Below are positions 58,028-64,000 of a stretch of 64,000 nucleotides of DNA, piece by piece (position 1 is the stretch's first letter; every line of letters starts with the position of its first letter). The position numbers and the translations under genes were made by a program. The notes beneath the pieces are model-generated. The model ran no database searches and was not told where the DNA came from. It saw only the letters and a list, made by a program, of their open reading frames with translations. The DNA comes from a virus: the IMG/VR virus record IMGVR_UViG_3300035684_000001, positions 64,001-128,000 of that record, one strand, 5' to 3'.

Positions 58028-58891
58028 ATGAACTTAATTACCTTTGAGTATATCGCCAATCAGGGCTTGCCAAATGAATGGCGAATAGAAAAATGTCAAT
58101 TTGGTCAACTTAATTTAATAGTAGGTAAAAATGCGAGCGGTAAGTCTATGCTTTTAAAAGCAATTGCCAAGCTAGCAGATCTACTTAGAGGAGTCGAAAT
58201 TACTGAAACAGAAAATCACGAATGGCGTGTATTGTTTGATATTGGCAAACCAGACTACTACATAGAATACTCACTTAAAATACAAGAAGGTTTTGTACAC
58301 AAAGAACAGGTACTCTTATGCAGAGACGCAAGCAAGTATATTTTGCTGGTTTTACTAGATCGAAACCAGTCAGGCGAAAGTACCGTTTATACGGAAAGGC
58401 TACAAAAAGACGTTAAATTTCAAGCTCACAAAACAAAAACCGTAATAGCACAACAAATAGCGCAATATCCAAATTATATTCAATATCCATTTTTAAAATT
58501 GTTTTTTCTATGGTCTGATCGAATAAATTTTTATCAATATAGGGAAGTCTTGAATACAAATTTAAGTCTCAATATTTGTGGCAATCCCGCGCTAGATATA
58601 TCTAAAACGGTTGTTGTCGATGATGTTGGATGCAAACTAGACTATGAATTTTCACCCATTCTTGCTAAGAATTTAGTGGAATATAGCAATCGATCGCCTG
58701 TTCAATTTATCCTAGCTACGAACAATCAATTTGTGGTAAACAGCGTACCGCTAGACTGCTTGTCGGTCATCGAACAATCCCTTAGCGTCATCAAAGTACA
58801 CAACATTTTTAACTCGCGGGACAAGTTTGAAAAGTTTAAATTTATAGGACTCAACAACTTTGACTTATTTACCAGCGAGTTTTTGTTGTAA
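58028..58891 (+). CDS. ABC/AAA-type ATPase, probably internally deleted
   Basis: NLIVGKNASGKS (Walker A), VVVDD (Walker B-like), QFILATN; no ABC signature segment visible. Confidence 0.65.
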   Translation: MNLITFEYIANQGLPNEWRIEKCQFGQLNLIVGKNASGKSMLLKAIAKLADLLRGVEITETENHEWRVLFDIGKPDYYIEYSLKIQEGFVHKEQVLLCRDASKYILLVLLDRNQSGESTVYTERLQKDVKFQAHKTKTVIAQQIAQYPNYIQYPFLKLFFLWSDRINFYQYREVLNTNLSLNICGNPALDISKTVVVDDVGCKLDYEFSPILAKNLVEYSNRSPVQFILATNNQFVVNSVPLDCLSVIEQSLSVIKVHNIFNSRDKFEKFKFIGLNNFDLFTSEFLL

Positions 58892-58946
58892 CTGGCGATC
58901 ACCGATCTCAATTCACCAAAAATACAACAAAAACTAAATTGATAGA

Positions 58947-59264
58947 TTATTTTTTATATCTGCGCTGAATCGCTGGGAAATTAGCAACTTCTTCAGCCGA
59001 TTCAACATCAAGAATTTCACGAATACGAACTCCGTCTATTTCACATTCCACTTTCAATGTAAAAACACCTTCTTTTTTCACAAGTATTAATGACGAAAAT
59101 TGCAAAAATTTATTAGAATAATCAAAGCCTAACCCTTTTGTTTCAAGACTCCATTCAGTCTGTATAGAGTTTTCTGTTGAAGATCTTACCTCAGCCGTAA
59201 AAACAATTTCATTTAACCATGCTATTTGTTTTTCCTGTGGCAGAATTTGTACTTTAACTAGCAT
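58947..59264 (-). CDS. Hypothetical protein
   Basis: 105-aa beta-rich ATG ORF. Confidence 0.55.
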   Translation of the reverse strand: MLVKVQILPQEKQIAWLNEIVFTAEVRSSTENSIQTEWSLETKGLGFDYSNKFLQFSSLILVKKEGVFTLKVECEIDGVRIREILDVESAEEVANFPAIQRRYKK

Positions 59265-59320
59265 TGATGAACACCTCTTAAGTTTTTAGAATTTTTTGAT
59301 ATATTCGATCGCCCTCAACT

Positions 59321-59707
59321 TTAAAGTGAGCAAACGCGACAGAACGTTAAATCGGTTACACCTAAAACGATCGGATCGGGAGTTGTCAATATCCACACAG
59401 TACCGCTATTCATACTACCACCCAAAACAAGAAATGTCGTACCTTGCGCGATCCTAGTATCAGCGTCAGCATTTTCAGCTCGAACCCACGATTCTTGATC
59501 TGCTAAATACAAACCGTTTTCAGTTCGATCTGTTTGCGCCGTAAGTAGTACGCGATCGCCAGTACATAGTGTTGTATCTTGAATAGTTAACAATCCACCC
59601 GTTGTAATGTCAATATTTTCAACAGCAGCGATTGTGCAAACATAATTGGTATGAACGTAATCTCTAGAGCTAGATATAGCCTCCCATTCTCGCGAAGAAA
59701 GAACAAA
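59321..59707 (-). CDS. Stand-alone tail-fibre module (third copy), start codon unclear
   Basis: GDRVLLTAQTDRTENGLY..WVRA..FLVLGG..GTVW..PIVLG..LTF is homologous to the module in 36982 and 38429. The open frame extends 38 codons upstream of TTG 59593. Confidence 0.65.
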   Translation of the reverse strand, partial: FVLSSREWEAISSSRDYVHTNYVCTIAAVENIDITTGGLLTIQDTTLCTGDRVLLTAQTDRTENGLYLADQESWVRAENADADTRIAQGTTFLVLGGSMNSGTVWILTTPDPIVLGVTDLTFCRVCSL

Positions 59708-59926
59708 TTAAGGAAGATTAGCTATATTTAAAATCTTCCATTCTGTTGAGCCCACTCCTTCTAAAGCTCGCGCTAAATTAAAAGCTGCGCCATCAAATTT
59801 GGTGAATTTCAACAGCGGGCGATCGGTAGTGGTGTCAATTGCGACGTGATGTAGGTGAGACACAACTTTTTGTGCAACATCCAATGAATCAAACTGGACT
59901 ACCTTCTCAAAAATTTCAGCTACCAT
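59708..59926 (-). CDS. Hypothetical protein
   Basis: 72-aa ORF overlapping the rep stop codon. Confidence 0.5.
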   Translation of the reverse strand: MVAEIFEKVVQFDSLDVAQKVVSHLHHVAIDTTTDRPLLKFTKFDGAAFNLARALEGVGSTEWKILNIANLP

Positions 59927-61503
59927 ATTTCATCCTCGTTTGCAGTTTCACGCTGAAGCAAATAATCAGCTAGACCATTGTCCCTATCGCTAGCATTTTC
60001 CGTTTCCATTGCCGTATCGACAGCCGCAACCTTTGCAGAATTTTGCTCTATTGACAGTAAAGATGCAGCTTCCCGCAAGCTAGCTTCTCGAATACGCTGC
60101 CTTGGAGATACTGCGGTTTTGCACTTGCTTAAAATTTCTTTGATCTTAGCAAAAGCAGCTTTTTTTTCATCAACGTCTACCTGTTCCAGCTCTGTCGATT
60201 CCTCTGTTGGCACAACTTCTTCGGTTTCTTCTATCTCTTCCCCGATCGTCGCTTCAATCAATTTTTCCGGTTCTGGTGCAACCAAAGCACTGATTGGGAC
60301 GATCGCCGTAGCATAAGTTGGCAGGCAGTTGGCAATCGCCTGTTCAGGAGATATTCCTAGCGCCTCTTGCTTGGCAGCTTCTTCGCCAGCACGGATTAAC
60401 TGTTGGCGAGCAGCATCGGCGACAGCGCGAACTACGGGGGCTTTAGCCAAACTTCTCGCAGCATTTGCAGCAGCTTCCGTACCAGTAGCACCTACTTTCC
60501 CTCGCTGGTCTTGGGTGATCGCCTCCCCAACAATCCGTTCCGGTACGCCCCGCAATCTGTATCCAAAGGGAACAAGGCGGCTGCCGAGTTCTTCGCCTGA
60601 AAGATATTCCTCCCACAACAACTGGGCGATCGGGTCTGCATCGCCCGATTTTAGTTCGCGGATTGTAGCCTTGGTATACCCCTCCGGGGAATTAATGTTG
60701 ATGCACTGCTGAGCGTATATCAGTAGCTTGTAGAAAAAATCCTGTTGTTGAGTCTGGTTGACCGAACTGAGCTTTGCGGAACTTTCGTCCAATGCTTGAA
60801 CTTCAGTTGTAACGACAAGCTCTGGTTTATTTTTAACCGTGTCAAAAATCTTTTCGGCATTTGTCTTTGTCGTTAGTCGATCCTCTTGGTCAATTATATT
60901 TTCAAAGTCTTCCCCACCCCCTTTTTTGTTTATTGCTGGCTTCGGTTTTACCGATCGCCCTACTGGAGTGGGTTTGTTTTGATAAAGTCTTTCTGAATAG
61001 GTATTTTGATATGATTTGTCACCATTCGACAAATCGAGGTGATCAGATTTGACAGATCGATGTGTTCTGTTTTGACAAATGCAGAGCGGCGCACGTTTCA
61101 GTAGCTCAGCTAGCTTGGTGTAATTTACCGTGTAATATTTACACTGATCCCAGAATTGGGCTCGAAGTTTTTCGGAAATGATGAGCCCAGTTTCTTCGAG
61201 ATAATTAAAGATTCTGCGGAGCTTGGCAAAAGTAGCCCAAGTAAAATTCGACAGCCAATCTATCAGCTTCCCGTGTTCCCGACTTTTTTCTAGTTTGCGC
61301 TGGCTCGTGCAGGCGATCGGATTGCGGATGTACTTTGCGCCGTCGGGGGCGATCGTCCCTGCCATATCTGGGTTTTCGACGCACCACTGAATTTTAGAAA
61401 AGACTGTTGCGGCCTCTACGCCTACTATCTCAGCCACGTCTGGCGAGAAGAAGGAAAGTTTTTCTGTTTCTCGAACGACGTTTTGCGAATTATGTGATAT
61501 CAT
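59920..61503 (-). CDS. Putative replication initiator (phage/plasmid Rep with N-terminal winged HTH)
   Basis: FSPDVAEIVGVEAATVFSKIQW...LRRIFNYLEETGLII...KYYTVNY is the replisome-organiser-type N-terminus; low-complexity linker and helical C-terminus follow. Confidence 0.7.
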   Translation of the reverse strand: MISHNSQNVVRETEKLSFFSPDVAEIVGVEAATVFSKIQWCVENPDMAGTIAPDGAKYIRNPIACTSQRKLEKSREHGKLIDWLSNFTWATFAKLRRIFNYLEETGLIISEKLRAQFWDQCKYYTVNYTKLAELLKRAPLCICQNRTHRSVKSDHLDLSNGDKSYQNTYSERLYQNKPTPVGRSVKPKPAINKKGGGEDFENIIDQEDRLTTKTNAEKIFDTVKNKPELVVTTEVQALDESSAKLSSVNQTQQQDFFYKLLIYAQQCININSPEGYTKATIRELKSGDADPIAQLLWEEYLSGEELGSRLVPFGYRLRGVPERIVGEAITQDQRGKVGATGTEAAANAARSLAKAPVVRAVADAARQQLIRAGEEAAKQEALGISPEQAIANCLPTYATAIVPISALVAPEPEKLIEATIGEEIEETEEVVPTEESTELEQVDVDEKKAAFAKIKEILSKCKTAVSPRQRIREASLREAASLLSIEQNSAKVAAVDTAMETENASDRDNGLADYLLQRETANEDEIW

Positions 61504-61915
61504 GGTGGTTATACACAAAATTTTATCTTCAAGGAAGTACGACTGTCCAGGTCGCGCTTCCTATTTTTTTGAGTATAATCGATGATCGCCATTTGCGCTA
61601 GCCTTGGACGCAAAAAAACAATAACCCGCGATAACTTTCGATTAAGGGCGGGCGATCGCGTACAATTACTTTTAACACTATATTTTATTGCAATTTTGTG
61701 AGCGATAAATTAAAACTGCTTTGTGGTACAAACGAAGTTACTGAAAATAACCATAGATAATTAACGCTGTTTTGCTAAAGTGCTGGTGATCGGTGAGACA
61801 AACTTCTCTACCGGGCAATCACAATTTTCCACAATCTTTACCCCATCGCCCGCGTGATAAGAGCTTAGGCTTTTTGTTGCGGTTGTTTGAACGGTGGAGT
61901 GATCAATGGTAATAT

Positions 61916-62161
61916 TTAATCATTTACAACAAGGGAGGGATCGTCCGGAGGTATCCAAACGCCATTTGCGTCAAATAAGCAATCCACCGCTTGAGCTAAG
62001 TATGGGTTGATCGCCCGATCTTTCTCGCCGGCACCGATATCCCAAACTCCAGTCCGATCGCCCCTTTCAAGCAAAGGCTCAAGACCTATCATTTCTCGCG
62101 CTTGGTTTACGGTTATTACACGATAGAAACAAAGTGCTTCTGCTGTTGCGCGATTGCTCAT
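61916..62161 (-). CDS. Small protein resembling the C-terminal segment of phage portal proteins
   Basis: VITVNQAREMIGLEPLLERGD resembles the portal motif IT.NEAR...GL.P..GGD. Confidence 0.4.
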   Translation of the reverse strand: MSNRATAEALCFYRVITVNQAREMIGLEPLLERGDRTGVWDIGAGEKDRAINPYLAQAVDCLFDANGVWIPPDDPSLVVND

Positions 62162-62454
62162 GTTTTTAAAATTGAATTAATGTAACGGTAAGTTACAGCT
62201 ATAATAGCAAAAACGTCTGAATACGCCTTTTGTAACATAAATTGCTAATTATGTCAAATATTCCTTTGCTTATTACTGAAAAGTGGCGATCCAGCTCACT
62301 TTCATTGCGAATACCAGAACGTCAATTGTCTGTTGTTGTGAAATTTGACGATAATAAAGAATGTGTATATTTCTGTAAAGATGAGTACGTTGCTTTCTGA
62401 CTAATCAAAAATGGTTATTGTGTTACAGCCCCTTGTTACCCTAAGAATTAGAAA

Positions 62455-62847
62455 ATGAAAATAGTAAGATTTCGATCGCCCGAGTCGCCTGAAACCGCAC
62501 AACAGATGGCAAAAAAAGTTCAAGCACATTTGTACGACGTTATAAAAGAGGAAAATGAGCTGACATTTTCTAAATTTGATAAACAAGCTTTTGATTGCGT
62601 TATTGCTTTAGAAGGTCTTAACGAACAAGATTATTTTTTTGTTGACACTGAACTTTCCTCTGCACTTTTTTCTGGTTTTACGCAACTTAATATTTGTATA
62701 GAGATAGTTATTCAATCGTCACAAAGTAATTCTAGTATGTCTGGTCATTTTTACAATCATTTAGTTTGCAACTATTTTCAATGCTTGGGAGGTGCAAATG
62801 AATTTTTTTCGCAATCACTCCAAGGTTGGTTGGATTTATCAATTTAA
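62455..62847 (+). CDS. Hypothetical protein (paralog of 47776..48294)
   Basis: Shared AHLY and AF.C..ALEGLNE motifs. Confidence 0.65.
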   Translation: MKIVRFRSPESPETAQQMAKKVQAHLYDVIKEENELTFSKFDKQAFDCVIALEGLNEQDYFFVDTELSSALFSGFTQLNICIEIVIQSSQSNSSMSGHFYNHLVCNYFQCLGGANEFFSQSLQGWLDLSI

Positions 62848-63056
62848 TTTTGAGAGAACTAATAACAAGCTCTACACTGACACTTTTAAATCCTATATTA
62901 AGCACAAATGAAATAACTGAATTTGTTTATATAACGGATTGTATTTACAATCCTACAATACACGTTTTAAGATTTAAAAGAAATGGAGAGCTGCAATTAC
63001 ATCAATTTTTCCCAACCAGGTTAACGATTAGTTTATTTGAGAATTTTACTGAGTAT

Positions 63057-63374
63057 TTATAACCGATCGCCCCTACTTTCGCCTCCATCATCTTCAACAG
63101 TTTGCTCAATATCTACCCGATCGATATGCCCTACTCGTGTCTGCTCTTGCCTTCTTTCTTTTGACTGGGGATTGTAAGTACCGCAAGCACCTGTTAATGC
63201 TGAACCTGCAACACCAAGGGCAATCGCAAATTTTTCGGAGGACAAGTTTGTTGCAGTAATAACGTAAATAGCAACCACCGCTCCAGAAGCCGTAAGCGCT
63301 AACGGTGTGAACGATCTAACTATTTCGGCGAGCGCGTAATAATGTTCGGGCGTGTTTTTCACTTTATTTACCAC
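63057..63374 (-). CDS. Small two-TM membrane protein (holin-like topology)
   Basis: Two hydrophobic segments (PLALTASGAVVAIYVI; FAIALGVAGSALTGAC) and a charged C-terminal tail. Confidence 0.5.
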   Translation of the reverse strand: MVNKVKNTPEHYYALAEIVRSFTPLALTASGAVVAIYVITATNLSSEKFAIALGVAGSALTGACGTYNPQSKERRQEQTRVGHIDRVDIEQTVEDDGGESRGDRL

Positions 63375-63475
63375 TTGGTGTTTCTATCTAAACAAGAAAA
63401 TAACAATACAGCCATTGTTAGACCCGTCAAACAAATTACTACTAAAACCTCATACCATTCCATATTAATATTCCT

Positions 63476-63874
63476 TTAATTTCCATCTGTTTTAACTAGA
63501 CTATACTTGTACTGCAACACGACGCCGCGACTGTAAATTTCATCAACCAGTTCCATTTGATAATAAATGCTTCCTACCAGCAATCTAGAATTGGGCAAAA
63601 CATCTTTATTCGTAAACCCCTCGATCGCCAGTATATAGGCAAAAATTTTTTCTGTCGTTACCCAGCCTGCGTCTGTTGGAATTCTTGACTGTTTCCGCTC
63701 GATATGACCCTGAACAGATCGCCTAGTAAATCCAACTTGTGCTTTTACCGCGTATTCAGGATTTGCTGGTTCCACAATTCCTTTTTGACATAGAAACAGT
63801 GGAGTCCCCTGCTCTAGAGAACATTGTCTAAATGCCTCCATGTCAAACCAAGGCGAGTTCATGTCTAGAACCAT
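63476..63874 (-). CDS. Putative head-closure / head-tail adaptor protein
   Basis: 132-aa beta-rich ORF ending GVVLQYKYSL; overlaps the upstream connector-like ORF. Confidence 0.4.
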   Translation of the reverse strand: MVLDMNSPWFDMEAFRQCSLEQGTPLFLCQKGIVEPANPEYAVKAQVGFTRRSVQGHIERKQSRIPTDAGWVTTEKIFAYILAIEGFTNKDVLPNSRLLVGSIYYQMELVDEIYSRGVVLQYKYSLVKTDGN

Positions 63875-64000
63875 AGTTTTTTCCGGTAGCGTTCCAGCGG
63901 CGACATCAAATCGTCGAGGTTGGTTGAGGATCGCTGGTTTTTGGCTTCTTTCCCCACCGCGAAAGTTTGAGAAATTCCGCCTTGCAGCCCAACGTTTATT
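63865..64000 (-). CDS. 3' end of a head-tail-connector-like gene (partial)
   Basis: Frame reads INVGLQGGISQTFAVGKEAKNQRSSTNLDDLMSPLERYRKKLWF*; the L..YR ending is connector-like. Confidence 0.35.
   Translation of the reverse strand, partial: INVGLQGGISQTFAVGKEAKNQRSSTNLDDLMSPLERYRKKLWF

Larger units (their letters stand above)
1..64000. repeat. HIP1 octamer (GCGATCGC) and CGATCG cores with GGG/CCC flanks dispersed across the window
   Basis: Visible dozens of times in coding and intergenic DNA, e.g. ~3370, 4268, 4325, 5230, 10165, 10810, 22480, 34818, 49607, 55535-55550. Confidence 0.9.

Noticed and set aside
28662-59710. Alternative genetic code (TAA reassignment) suggested by two in-frame TAA interruptions
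   Set aside because: Many intact genes in the window end in TAA and long ORFs are open under the standard code; two local nonsense events suffice.
1-64000. CRISPR array, tRNA, rRNA or integrase/att site
   Set aside because: I noticed no regularly spaced repeat-spacer run, cloverleaf or recombinase motif by eye; a tRNAscan/CRISPR-finder run would be definitive.

Overview
The window reads as a 64 kb segment of a very large tailed-phage-like element, most likely a jumbo prophage or phage-plasmid of a cyanobacterium. The host assignment is inference from the dense HIP1 (GCGATCGC-type) sites and several cyanobacterial-style genes. Virion genes are scattered on both strands: a ~6,300-aa tape-measure protein, a GH19/hub-like/M23 lysin, a tail-fibre cluster (S74 chaperone, two Mtd_N-like proteins, small C-terminal DGG proteins), a 1,468-aa gp5/VgrG-OB spike, a T4 gp26/gp51-like chaperone, and head-tail-connector-like and portal-like pieces. 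Replication and nucleotide genes include a Rep-like initiator, a divergent beta-clamp, thymidylate synthase, MazG-like, ParB-like and DEDDh exonuclease genes. Likely anti-defence cargo comprises a DarB-like methylase-helicase missed by the ORF track, an Acb2/Tad1-like sponge, KilA-N and a PAPS-reductase-like gene. The window also holds a three-gene GAF histidine kinase / Rcp1-like / REC-coiled-coil-TM signalling operon, an ~860-bp tandem duplication, and an IS200/IS605 tnpB followed by two omegaRNA-like cassettes. I saw no CRISPR array, tRNA, rRNA, reverse transcriptase or integrase. All protein calls come from motifs recognised by eye; no database search was run.
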